A stretch of DNA of 40,223 bases from Chloroflexota bacterium (lineage in GTDB: Bacteria; Chloroflexota; Limnocylindria; QHBO01): assembly GCA_031370085.1 (NCBI GenBank), contig JANMPX010000246.1, forward strand, positions 1 through 40,223, written 5' to 3'. Under the pieces are notes generated by a model that was given only the letters and a program-made list of their open reading frames with translations, was not told the DNA's origin and ran no database searches. Positions within the stretch are counted from its first letter, which is position 1. Each line of letters begins with the position of its first letter. The translations under genes and the position numbers were made by a program. Of this stretch, positions 9,152 through 17,390 are shown one piece after another.

Positions 9152-9907
9152 TCAGCGGCGACCACGGAAGGCGTCGCGGATCGCCTCGAGGCGAAGCCGC
9201 AGAACAAGGCCGATCGCCTCGCCGACGATCGATCCGGTCATCTTCGAGGTCCCCGCCTCCCGCTCGCGAAAGACAATCGGGATCTGCTCAACGCGGTTTC
9301 CCTTGCGGTGCGCCCACCAGGTCATCTCCACCTGGAAGCCGTACCCGTGCGCGTCCGCCTCCCGCAGCCGGATCGCCTCGAGCGCCGAACGGCGCCAGGC
9401 CTTGAAGCCGCCGGTCAGGTCACGGTAGGGCAGCAGCAGAACCGTCCTGGCGAAGAGGGTGCCTGCCCGGCTCACCAGGCGGCGTCGCAGCGGCCAGCCG
9501 ACGGTTCCACCGCCGGCCATGTAGCGCGTGCCGAGGACCAGGTCCGCCTCTCGCATCAGCGGGTCGAGGAGGCGTGGCAGATCGCGCGGGTCGTGGCTGA
9601 AATCGGCGTCCATCTGGACCACCGCGTCGGTCTCCGGCCGATCGAGCGCCCAGCGAAAGCCGGCCCGGTAGGCGACCCCCAGGCCTTCCTTGGCGGGCCG
9701 ATGCAGCACGCTGACCCGTGGCTCGGTGGCGGCGAGCGCATCGGCCAGGTCGCCGGTGCCGTCCGGCGACGCGTCGTCAACCACCAGCAGGTGAGCCTCC
9801 GGCAGGTTGTCGAGGATGGCGCGGGCGACGCGCTCCAGGTTTTCACGCTCGTCATAGGTGGGCAACACCACCACCACCCCACGCCCAGCGGCCAGGCCCA
9901 CCGGCAT
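9152..9907 (-). CDS. GT2 polyprenol-phosphate glycosyltransferase (Dpm1/Ppm1-like)
   Basis: Motifs: VVVLPTYDERENL, VVDDASPDGT, QMDADFSHDP. Soluble-size (251 aa) Dpm1-type architecture. Starts 3 nt after the upstream dehydrogenase stop. Confidence 0.85.
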   Translation of the reverse strand: MPVGLAAGRGVVVVLPTYDERENLERVARAILDNLPEAHLLVVDDASPDGTGDLADALAATEPRVSVLHRPAKEGLGVAYRAGFRWALDRPETDAVVQMDADFSHDPRDLPRLLDPLMREADLVLGTRYMAGGGTVGWPLRRRLVSRAGTLFARTVLLLPYRDLTGGFKAWRRSALEAIRLREADAHGYGFQVEMTWWAHRKGNRVEQIPIVFREREAGTSKMTGSIVGEAIGLVLRLRLEAIRDAFRGRR

Positions 9908-9910
9908 CGT

Positions 9911-11185
9911 TTATCGCCCGATGCCCAGGTAGGCGACGCCGGCAGCCTCGATAGCGGCCCGATCGAGCGCGTTGCGCCCATCGATCACGAGTTCAAGGCC
10001 GGGCAGGCCGGCAAAGACGAGGGAGCGGTAGGCCTCGTGCGGCGCCTGCACGATGACGCCCCGCACGGGGATCGGCTTCGAAAGGTCGTACGGCTCGAAG
10101 CCCGCCTTGCGCAGGTGCTCGTCGGAGAAGTACGGATCGTGACCGTAGACCAGCGCGCCGGCCGCACGCAGCTCGTCACGCAGCCGGAACGCGGAGCTGA
10201 ACGCATCCTCGCGAACATCGGCGCGGTAGGCGATACCAAGCACGAGGACCGGCTGGCCGGCAAGCGGACCGATCCGCCCCTCCAGCTGCGCCACGGTCCA
10301 GGCGCCCATCTCCTCGTTGATGGCACGCGCCAACGGGGGCAGCCTGAGATCCGGTTCGGTGTTGAACAGGAAATGGGGGTAGACGGGGATGCAATGGCCA
10401 CCGACGCCCACGCCGGGCGCGTGAATGTGGCTGTACGGCTGCGAGTTGGCGGCGTCGATGACCTCCATGACGTCGATTCCGCGAGCCGCCGCGTAGCGCG
10501 CGTACTCGTTGGCCAACGCGATGTTGACGTCCCGGAAGGTCGTCTCAGCAAGCTTGGTCATCTCCGCGGTCTCCGCATTGGCCACCGCCCGAATCTCGGT
10601 CTCAGGGTCGAGCACGGACCGATAGAACGCAACCGCGCGCTCGGTGCTGGCCGAGCCTGTGCCGCCGACGATCTTCGGGTACCGACGCAGGTCGAGCAGC
10701 ACCCTTCCGACCAGCACACGCTCGGGCGAGAAGGCGAGGAAGAGGTCCTGCTCCAGCGTCAGGCCGCTCCCCGATTCCAGTACCGGTGCGAATCGTTGCC
10801 GGGTGGTGCCGACCGGAAGCGTGGTCTCGTACACGACAAGGGTCCCCGGTTGCAGGCCGCGTGCCACCTCGCGCGTTGCGGCGTCGATCGGTCGGAAGTC
10901 GATCTCGCGCCGCTCGTCGACCACGACCGGCACGATGATCACGACCACCTCGGCGTCACGGACCCCCGCGGCGTCGTCGGTGGTTGCGCGCAGGAGACCT
11001 TTGTGGACCAGCTCCGGCACGCGCTCGACCAGGGCAGGCTCATCGTCGTGCGGAGAACGCCCGTCGTTGATCGCATCCACGATCCAGGTCGCCACGTCGC
11101 AGCCGATGACCTCGTGCCCGCGGCCGGCGTATTGGACCGCCAACGGCAACCCGATGTGGCCCAGGCCGACCACCGCGATCCTCAC
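9911..11185 (-). CDS. UDP-sugar 6-dehydrogenase of the UDP-glucose/GDP-mannose dehydrogenase family (WbpA/WecC-like)
   Basis: Rossmann motif MRIAVVGLGHIGLPLA. Catalytic Cys region GVGGHCIPVYP. The GTG start overlaps the upstream stop (GTGA). Confidence 0.85.
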   Translation of the reverse strand: MRIAVVGLGHIGLPLAVQYAGRGHEVIGCDVATWIVDAINDGRSPHDDEPALVERVPELVHKGLLRATTDDAAGVRDAEVVVIIVPVVVDERREIDFRPIDAATREVARGLQPGTLVVYETTLPVGTTRQRFAPVLESGSGLTLEQDLFLAFSPERVLVGRVLLDLRRYPKIVGGTGSASTERAVAFYRSVLDPETEIRAVANAETAEMTKLAETTFRDVNIALANEYARYAAARGIDVMEVIDAANSQPYSHIHAPGVGVGGHCIPVYPHFLFNTEPDLRLPPLARAINEEMGAWTVAQLEGRIGPLAGQPVLVLGIAYRADVREDAFSSAFRLRDELRAAGALVYGHDPYFSDEHLRKAGFEPYDLSKPIPVRGVIVQAPHEAYRSLVFAGLPGLELVIDGRNALDRAAIEAAGVAYLGIGR

Positions 11186-12192
11186 GCCAGCACCGCCTGC
11201 AGCTCGGCCCCGTCGATGACGCGCGAGGTCTGGGCCGATTCGACCATGGCCCGAGCAAGGAGCAGCGCGACCATCGCCTGGTGCGGATCGACCGGCGGCG
11301 GGGCGCCGTCGCGGACCGCGCGGGCGAACTCACCGAGTTCCACGATCAGGGGCTCGCGGCGTTCGATGGCGATGTTGACCGGCTGCCCTTCCGCGACCGA
11401 GGCGTCGGCCGGGTTACCCCAGAAGACGAGCTCCTGGGCGAGGTAGTCGGCAGTGAACATGCCGCGCTCGCCGGTGACGGTCAGGGTCCGGTGCTTGGTG
11501 GGCGTGAGCCAGTTGATATCGAGCACGCCAACCGCGCCGTTGGCGAACTTCATGAGGCCGACGAAGATGTCCTCGTGATCGGTGTGGATCCGCTGCTCGG
11601 TCTCGGCGTAGAGGCGGATCGGGTCCGAGTCGAGCAGGTACCGCATGATGTCGAGGTCATGCGGCGCGAGGTCCACGACCACGCCGACGTCGCGAATTCG
11701 TGACGGGAAAGGCCCCAGGCGGGTGGCCCGGATCTCGAAGACGCGGCCCACCTCCCCCGCCGCCAAGCGTCGCTGCAGCTCGCGGATCACCGGGTTGAAG
11801 CGTTCGATATGCCCGACGCTCAGCAGGCGTCGAGCGGCTGCGGCAGCCGCGATCATCTGCTCCGCCTCGTCGCGCGTCGCCGCGATCGGCTTCTCGACCA
11901 GGACGTGCGCTCCCGCCGCCAGCGCGGCCAGGGTGGTCTCCAGGTGGAGCGAGGTGGGAGCCACGATGCTCACCAGGTCAGGCGACTCCGCGGAGAGCAT
12001 CTGCTCGACATCGAGATAGCCGCGCGCCGCGCGCCCCTCGGTGGCGCGACGGAGAGCATCCGGATTGGGATCCACGACGCCCACCAGCTCGACCCCGTCG
12101 ATCTCGCTGTCCCAGACGCGCACGTGGTTACGCCCCATCGTGCCTAGGCCGATGACGCAGGCCCGCAGCATCGCCGGACGGCTCTCGGTCAT
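11182..12192 (-). CDS. Gfo/Idh/MocA-family NAD-dependent oxidoreductase (WbpB-like UDP-sugar 3-dehydrogenase)
   Basis: Motifs VIGLGTMGRNH and LVEKP. Family-typical length (336 aa). Lies between a DegT aminotransferase and a UDP-sugar dehydrogenase. Confidence 0.8.
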   Translation of the reverse strand: MTESRPAMLRACVIGLGTMGRNHVRVWDSEIDGVELVGVVDPNPDALRRATEGRAARGYLDVEQMLSAESPDLVSIVAPTSLHLETTLAALAAGAHVLVEKPIAATRDEAEQMIAAAAAARRLLSVGHIERFNPVIRELQRRLAAGEVGRVFEIRATRLGPFPSRIRDVGVVVDLAPHDLDIMRYLLDSDPIRLYAETEQRIHTDHEDIFVGLMKFANGAVGVLDINWLTPTKHRTLTVTGERGMFTADYLAQELVFWGNPADASVAEGQPVNIAIERREPLIVELGEFARAVRDGAPPPVDPHQAMVALLLARAMVESAQTSRVIDGAELQAVLA

Positions 12193-13292
12193 GAAGCGGC
12201 CGCGGCCTCGAGCGACCCGAGCTCTGCGGCGACCCGGTTGACGGCCGCGATCACCTCGCTCACCTCGTCATCGCTGAGCGAAGGGTGGACCGGGATCGAG
12301 ACGACCTGTTCGGTGAGGAGGTCGGTGACCGGGTAGTGCCCGTCTCCGTACCCGAGCGCCACGAACGGCTTCTGCCGATGCACGGGGATGGGGTAGTAGA
12401 TCCCGGTGCCGATCCCGAGATCGCGGAGCCGCTCGACGAAGGCATCGCGGGCGGTGACCCGGATCGTGTACTGGTGGTAGACGTGGGTCACGCCGAGAGG
12501 GGCGACCGGCAGGATCACGCCCTGGAGCTCGGCGTCATAGCGAGCGGCGATCGCCCGGCGACGGAGGTTGTAGCCGGGCAGCTTGCCGAGCTGGGCGAGC
12601 CCGATCGAGGCGTGGATGTCGGTCATCCGGAAGTTGTAGCCGACGGTGTCATGGTGGTAGCGCACCCGCATCCCGTGCTCTCGGGTAAGCCGGACCTGGT
12701 CGGCCAGCGCCGCGTCGGCGGTGGTCACCATCCCACCTTCGCCGGTGGTCATGTTCTTGGTCGGATAGAACGAGAAGCAGCCGGCACCCCAGCTTCCCGA
12801 ACGTCGCTCGCCGACGGCGGCCCCATGGCTCTGCGCCGCGTCCTCTATGAGGGCCAGCCCATGCCGCTCGGCGATCGCGGAGATCGCCGGCAGGTCCGCG
12901 GGCTGGCCATACAGGCTGACGGGGAGGATGGCGCGCGTCCGCGGGCTGATCGCCGACTCGATCAGCGACGGGTCCATGTTGAAGGTTCGCTCATCGACAT
13001 CGACGAAGACCGGGCGTGCCCCGGTGTACAGAATGCTGTTGGCGCTCGCGATGAAGGTGAACGGAACAGTGATCACCTCGTCGCCAACCCCGACTCCCGA
13101 GGCCAGCAGGGCCAGGTGCAGCGCCGTGGTGCCGGAGCTGGTTGCCACGGCGTGCGGCACGCCGACGTACGTTGCGAATCGCTCCTCCAGCTCGCGGACG
13201 CGGGCTCCCTGGGCCAGCATCCCGGAGCTGAGCGCGCTCCAGACCATCTCTTTCTCTTCCTCGCCCATCTGCGGGCGCGCGATTGGGATCAC
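12189..13292 (-). CDS. DegT/DnrJ/EryC1/StrS-family PLP-dependent sugar aminotransferase (WbpE-like)
   Basis: Motifs: ATSSGTTALHLAL, VITVPFTFIASAN, FYPTKNMTTGEGGM (PLP-Lys region). Confidence 0.9.
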   Translation of the reverse strand: MIPIARPQMGEEEKEMVWSALSSGMLAQGARVRELEERFATYVGVPHAVATSSGTTALHLALLASGVGVGDEVITVPFTFIASANSILYTGARPVFVDVDERTFNMDPSLIESAISPRTRAILPVSLYGQPADLPAISAIAERHGLALIEDAAQSHGAAVGERRSGSWGAGCFSFYPTKNMTTGEGGMVTTADAALADQVRLTREHGMRVRYHHDTVGYNFRMTDIHASIGLAQLGKLPGYNLRRRAIAARYDAELQGVILPVAPLGVTHVYHQYTIRVTARDAFVERLRDLGIGTGIYYPIPVHRQKPFVALGYGDGHYPVTDLLTEQVVSIPVHPSLSDDEVSEVIAAVNRVAAELGSLEAAAAS

Positions 13293-14389
13293 GATGCGAG
13301 AGCCTCCATCAGCTGTGCTGCGTGTCGTTCAAGTGCGGCCACGATCCGCGTGGCTGCGTGCCCGTCGCCGAAGATCTCCGGCCGCGGGCGGGTGCGATCC
13401 ATGAAGTCTGAGTCGTCGAGGGCACCGCGAAGAGCGTCGCCATCATCGTCAACCAGGCGGTTCCAGCCGGTCGCGACCGTCTCGGGCCATTCCGTCTCGC
13501 CGCGCAGCGTGAGGCAGGGGACGCCGGCCAGGAAGGCCTCCTTCTGCACGCCGCCGGAATCGGTGGCAATCGCCGCGGCTGCCCGCTCAAGGGCGACCAT
13601 GGCGAGGTAGCCGACCGGCTCGATGGCCGTCACGTTGGCGGGCAGCGCCAGGTCTGCTTCGACCAGCGCGCGGCGCGTGCGCGGGTGGATCGGGAAGATG
13701 ACCGGACGGTCGAGCGCCAGGCCATTGACCAATCCCGCGAGCCGACGCCGGTCGTCGACGTTCTCCGCGCGGTGCAGGGTCAGCAGCAGGTAGCCCGGAC
13801 GCGCGCGGGCTGCCTCTGGGAGCGAGGCCGTCGGCCGGGTGCCGGCCCAGACGAAAGCATCGACCATCACGTCGCCCACCAGCTGCGAGCGGGCAGCGAG
13901 GCCCTCGCGCTCGAGATGGCCCATCGCGTCGCGGGTCGGGGCGAACAGGAGGTCGGAGAGGTGGTCCGCCACGATCCGGTTCCGCTCTTCAGGCATGGAC
14001 GGGTTGAACGAGCGCAGGCCGGCCTCGACATGGGCAAGCCAGGGACGGCGTCCGTTCGGGTAGGTGAGCTTGCAGCCGACGACCGCCGCCGCCAGGGTCG
14101 AGTTCGTGTCGCCATAGATCACGATCCCATCGGGCTCATGATCCAGCAGGACGGACTCGAGGCCCCTGATCATGTCTGCGGTCTGTGCGCCGTGCGAACC
14201 GCTGCCGACCCCGAGATTGACGTGCGGATCGGGGATCTCCAGGTCCCTGAAGAAGGCCGCGCTCATGGCGTCGTCGTAATGCTGGCCGGTATGCACCAGC
14301 AGCTCTTCGTGCGAGGCACGAAGGACGCGACTGACCATCGCCGCCTTGACGAACTGGGGCCGCGCTCCGACCACCGAGGCGACCTTCAT
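13289..14389 (-). CDS. Non-hydrolysing UDP-N-acetylglucosamine-type 2-epimerase (WecB/WbpI-like)
   Basis: Motifs: GARPQFVK, HTGQHYD, IYGDTNSTLAAA, TDSGGVQKEA. Confidence 0.9.
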   Translation of the reverse strand: MKVASVVGARPQFVKAAMVSRVLRASHEELLVHTGQHYDDAMSAAFFRDLEIPDPHVNLGVGSGSHGAQTADMIRGLESVLLDHEPDGIVIYGDTNSTLAAAVVGCKLTYPNGRRPWLAHVEAGLRSFNPSMPEERNRIVADHLSDLLFAPTRDAMGHLEREGLAARSQLVGDVMVDAFVWAGTRPTASLPEAARARPGYLLLTLHRAENVDDRRRLAGLVNGLALDRPVIFPIHPRTRRALVEADLALPANVTAIEPVGYLAMVALERAAAAIATDSGGVQKEAFLAGVPCLTLRGETEWPETVATGWNRLVDDDGDALRGALDDSDFMDRTRPRPEIFGDGHAATRIVAALERHAAQLMEALAS

Positions 14390-14991
14390 CAGGTCGCAGC
14401 CGACGTTCGTGGCGGGAACGGCTCGCCGCAGCGCGGACAGGTTCCATGGAACGGCCGGCCGTCCTCGTCATCCCGCAACGGCTGACCGCAGCTGCACGCA
14501 CTGGCGATGCGTCGAGCGGGGTTGCCGACCACCAGTGCGTAATCGTCGACATCGCGGGTCACCACGCTGCCGGATCCGACCATCGCCCAACGGCCGACGG
14601 TGACGCCCGGAAGGATCGTGCTGTTGGCGCCCAGCGCTGCGCCGACGCGCACCAGGATCGGACTCACCTCCCAGTCAGAATCGGACTTGGCACTGCCGTC
14701 GGGATTCACCGCGCGCGGCACCTTGTCATTGGTGAAGCAGACGTGCGGACCGATGAAGACGCCGTCCTCGACGGTGACTCCGTGGTACAGGCTCGCGTTG
14801 TTCTGGATCTTGACCCGGTCGCCGACAACCACATCGGTGTCGATGTAGACGTTCTTGCCGATCACGCAGCCGGCCCCGATCCGGGCGCGCTCGCGCACCT
14901 GCGCCTGGTTCCAGATGCTGGTGCCGGAACCGATGAGCGCCTCTGGCGAGACGTCGGCGGTGGGGTGGATGCGCGCAGGACGGTCGTTCAT
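14389..14991 (-). CDS. Left-handed beta-helix (hexapeptide-repeat) N-acetyltransferase (WbpD-like) with a C-terminal Cys4 zinc-ribbon tail
   Basis: Repeated [LIV]G-x4 hexapeptides (IGSGTSIWNQAQV, IGAGCVIGKNVYI, VGDRVKIQNN...). The ATG at 14991 is preceded by GGAG. The track start at 15057 has no support. The stop shares one base with the epimerase ATG (TGATG). Confidence 0.8.
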   Translation of the reverse strand: MNDRPARIHPTADVSPEALIGSGTSIWNQAQVRERARIGAGCVIGKNVYIDTDVVVGDRVKIQNNASLYHGVTVEDGVFIGPHVCFTNDKVPRAVNPDGSAKSDSDWEVSPILVRVGAALGANSTILPGVTVGRWAMVGSGSVVTRDVDDYALVVGNPARRIASACSCGQPLRDDEDGRPFHGTCPRCGEPFPPRTSAAT

Positions 14992-15031
14992 GCGTGCTCC
15001 TTCGGAGGCTGCATTGTACCGATTCGCTCCA

Positions 15032-15670
15032 TCAGGAAGCGCCGTGGCCTTCAGCATCGGGTGCTCCGAGAATCAGATGCAGGCGCGGCAGCGCGGCGGC
15101 CACCGCCATGCCGCGGTGCGAGATGCGATCTTTCTCGTCCTCGGGAAGCTCGGCCGTGGTCAGACCGGACGGCAGCACGAAGATCGGGTCGTAGCCAAAG
15201 CCGCCCGTCCCGCGCCGCTCCGCGGCGATCGTTCCCTCGACCAGGCCGCTGAACAGCTCGATCCGCGGAGCACGTGGCGTTCCGTCCGGCCCAGTTCCCG
15301 GCAGCGCCAGCGCCAGCCAGCACACCATCCTGGCGCGGCGCTCGGTGATCCCGTCCAGCTGGTCGAGCAGATGGGCTGCACGATCGGGGAGATCGGCCCC
15401 GCCGAAGCGTGCCGAGCGCACGCCAGGACCCCAGCCGAGCGCTTCCACCTCGATCCCCGAGTCATCGGCCAGGGTCGGCAGGCCGGACATCCGACAGTAG
15501 GCGATCGCCTTCGCCGCAGCGTTCTGGGCGTACGTGTCGTGCGGTTCGGGAACGGCAAGCTCGAGGCCAAGCTGCTGGGGGACGACGACCGACCCGGCCA
15601 GCCCTGCGAGGAGACGACCGAACTCGCGCTGCTTGCCCGGGTTGGTGGTGGCCAGCAGCAGGCGCGTCAC
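15032..15670 (-). CDS. rdgB: Non-canonical purine NTP pyrophosphatase (RdgB/HAM1 family)
   Basis: Motifs: [14 protein letters not shown] and [11 protein letters not shown]. The GTG at 15670 overlaps the rph stop (GTGA). The upstream part of the track ORF (to 16036) is an Arg/Gly-rich shadow inside rph. Confidence 0.85.
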   Translation of the reverse strand: MTRLLLATTNPGKQREFGRLLAGLAGSVVVPQQLGLELAVPEPHDTYAQNAAAKAIAYCRMSGLPTLADDSGIEVEALGWGPGVRSARFGGADLPDRAAHLLDQLDGITERRARMVCWLALALPGTGPDGTPRAPRIELFSGLVEGTIAAERRGTGGFGYDPIFVLPSGLTTAELPEDEKDRISHRGMAVAAALPRLHLILGAPDAEGHGAS

Positions 15671-16401
15671 TCTGCCGGAGGCGCCTCGACCGCGGCCCGC
15701 TGCAACTCGAAGAGCTGATGAATCCCGCCCGCGGCCAGGTCGAGCATCTGGGTCATCTGCTCGCGGCTGAAGGAGCGCTGCTCGCCCGTGCCCTGGACCT
15801 CGATGAACCGATCGGCGTCGGTCATCACCACGTTGAAGTCGACGTCGGCCGTCGAATCCTCCGCGTAGTTCAGGTCGAGCAGCAGCTGGCCAGCGGAGAT
15901 GCCGACGCTGACCGCGGCCACCTGGCCGACCAGCAGCTGCGACATGCCGAACTTGTTCAGGGCTCGGGCCAGGGCCACGTAGGCGCCGGTGATACTCGCG
16001 GTGCGCGTCCCGCCGTCGGCCTGGATCACGTCGCAATCGAGGGTGATGGTCCGTTCGCCGAGACGCGGGAGATCCAGGCAGGCGCGCAGAGAACGTCCGA
16101 TGAGGCGCTGGATCTCGTGCGTCCGGCCCCCGATGCGACCGGCGCTGGCCTCTCGCTGGCTTCGCTCGGTGCCGGCTCGCGGGAGCATGCTGTACTCCGC
16201 GGTCACCCAGCCGCTCCCCTTGCCGCGCATCCAGCCGGGAACCCGGTCCTCGATGGTGGCGGCGCAGATCACGCGCGTATCGCCGACGCGGATCAGGACC
16301 GAACCCTCGGCAAACTTGAGGTAGTCGTGCACGATCTTGACCGGGCGCAGCTGGTTGGGGGTTCGGCCATCCGAGCGGCGTGCGGAAGCGATTGAGGCCA
16401 T
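15667..16401 (-). CDS. rph: Ribonuclease PH
   Basis: Motifs: [57 protein letters not shown]. Confidence 0.95.
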   Translation of the reverse strand: MASIASARRSDGRTPNQLRPVKIVHDYLKFAEGSVLIRVGDTRVICAATIEDRVPGWMRGKGSGWVTAEYSMLPRAGTERSQREASAGRIGGRTHEIQRLIGRSLRACLDLPRLGERTITLDCDVIQADGGTRTASITGAYVALARALNKFGMSQLLVGQVAAVSVGISAGQLLLDLNYAEDSTADVDFNVVMTDADRFIEVQGTGEQRSFSREQMTQMLDLAAGGIHQLFELQRAAVEAPPAE

Positions 16402-16407
16402 CGGCCG

Positions 16408-16413
16408 ATTCTA
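16408..16413 (-). promoter_or_regulatory. Candidate -10 hexamer TAGAAT placed 6 nt upstream of the rph ATG (leaderless-type arrangement)
   Basis: The minus strand reads cgcgTAGAATcggccgATG. There is no Shine-Dalgarno between the hexamer and the start. Confidence 0.4.
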
Positions 16414-16457
16414 CGCGCGCGTTGCTGTGATCGCGCAGGTCAGCGCTGCCGGCGGGG

Positions 16458-17390
16458 ATGCGCTACCGTCACGAACCGATGCACCTCCTGGTGATCACCG
16501 CCCGCTATCCCACGCCCGATCGGCCGGCCGCCGGAGGATTCGTCCGTGACCGGCTTGCCGACCCCGGACTGCGGTCTGTCGTGGTGGCGCCGCACCGCTA
16601 CGACACTCCAGCCTGGCGTCGCTACCTCGCCCTCCTCTTGCGCGGGCTGACCGCGCGCGGCAGGTTCGATGGCGTCGAGGGCCATTTCGTCGTGCCGTCG
16701 GGGTTCGTGGCCCTCGTGGTCGCACGAGTGCGACGGCTTCCGCTGGTGGTCTACGCCCACGGTGGAGACGTCCGCGATATGGCCAGCCGGAATCGCCTGA
16801 TGCGCTGGGCGGCCCGGGCCGTGCTGCGCGGCGCCGATGCGGTGGTCACCAACTCGCGCGACACGGCCGGCCTGGTCGCGGGGTTGGGCGCGACGGCAAC
16901 GGTCGTGCCGCCCGGCATTGACCTCCGCAGATTCGCTGCACAGCCGCCACCTGCGCAGCGGCGCGTCCTGTACCTGGGCGGCGATCTTCCACACAAGGGG
17001 GTCGCAGTCGCCCGCCAACTCGCCGATACCCTGGTGGGACCGGGGATCCGCGAGGTTGAGCCTGGCGAGATCCCGGCGTTGATGGCGGCCCATTCGGTTG
17101 TGCTTGTCCCGTCCCTCGCCGAGCCGTTCGGACTGGTTGCGGCCGAAGCGATCGCCAGCGGCCGCTGGGTCGTGGCACGCGCGGTCGGCGGCCTCGTGGA
17201 GATCGTCAGCGATGGCGTCAACGGAACCCTCGTGGGCGACGGGGATTTCGCCGGCGCGCTGGCGCGGGTGCCGGACTACGAGCCCAAGACGCTGGCCGCG
17301 ACCGCAGACCGGTTCTCCATCGAGGAGCATCGCCGCCTGATGGCAGCGGTCTGGGGGGCTGTGCTGCAGCGGCGGGTCAGCGGAGCGTGA
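16458..17390 (+). CDS. Glycosyltransferase, GT4 family
   Basis: Motif: EPFGLVAAEAIASGRWVVARAVGGLVEIVSDGVNG. N-terminal LLVITARYP. An alternative ATG lies at 16479. Confidence 0.7.
   Translation: MRYRHEPMHLLVITARYPTPDRPAAGGFVRDRLADPGLRSVVVAPHRYDTPAWRRYLALLLRGLTARGRFDGVEGHFVVPSGFVALVVARVRRLPLVVYAHGGDVRDMASRNRLMRWAARAVLRGADAVVTNSRDTAGLVAGLGATATVVPPGIDLRRFAAQPPPAQRRVLYLGGDLPHKGVAVARQLADTLVGPGIREVEPGEIPALMAAHSVVLVPSLAEPFGLVAAEAIASGRWVVARAVGGLVEIVSDGVNGTLVGDGDFAGALARVPDYEPKTLAATADRFSIEEHRRLMAAVWGAVLQRRVSGA

Noticed and set aside
6860-11446. A 1528-aa plus-strand ORF, the longest in the window
   Set aside because: It runs antisense across five well-supported minus-strand genes: mazG, the PPIase, the GT2, the UDP-sugar dehydrogenase and the oxidoreductase. 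Its translation is Arg/Gly/Ala/Pro-rich low-complexity text with no recognisable motif. This is the classic stop-codon-poor shadow frame of very GC-rich DNA.
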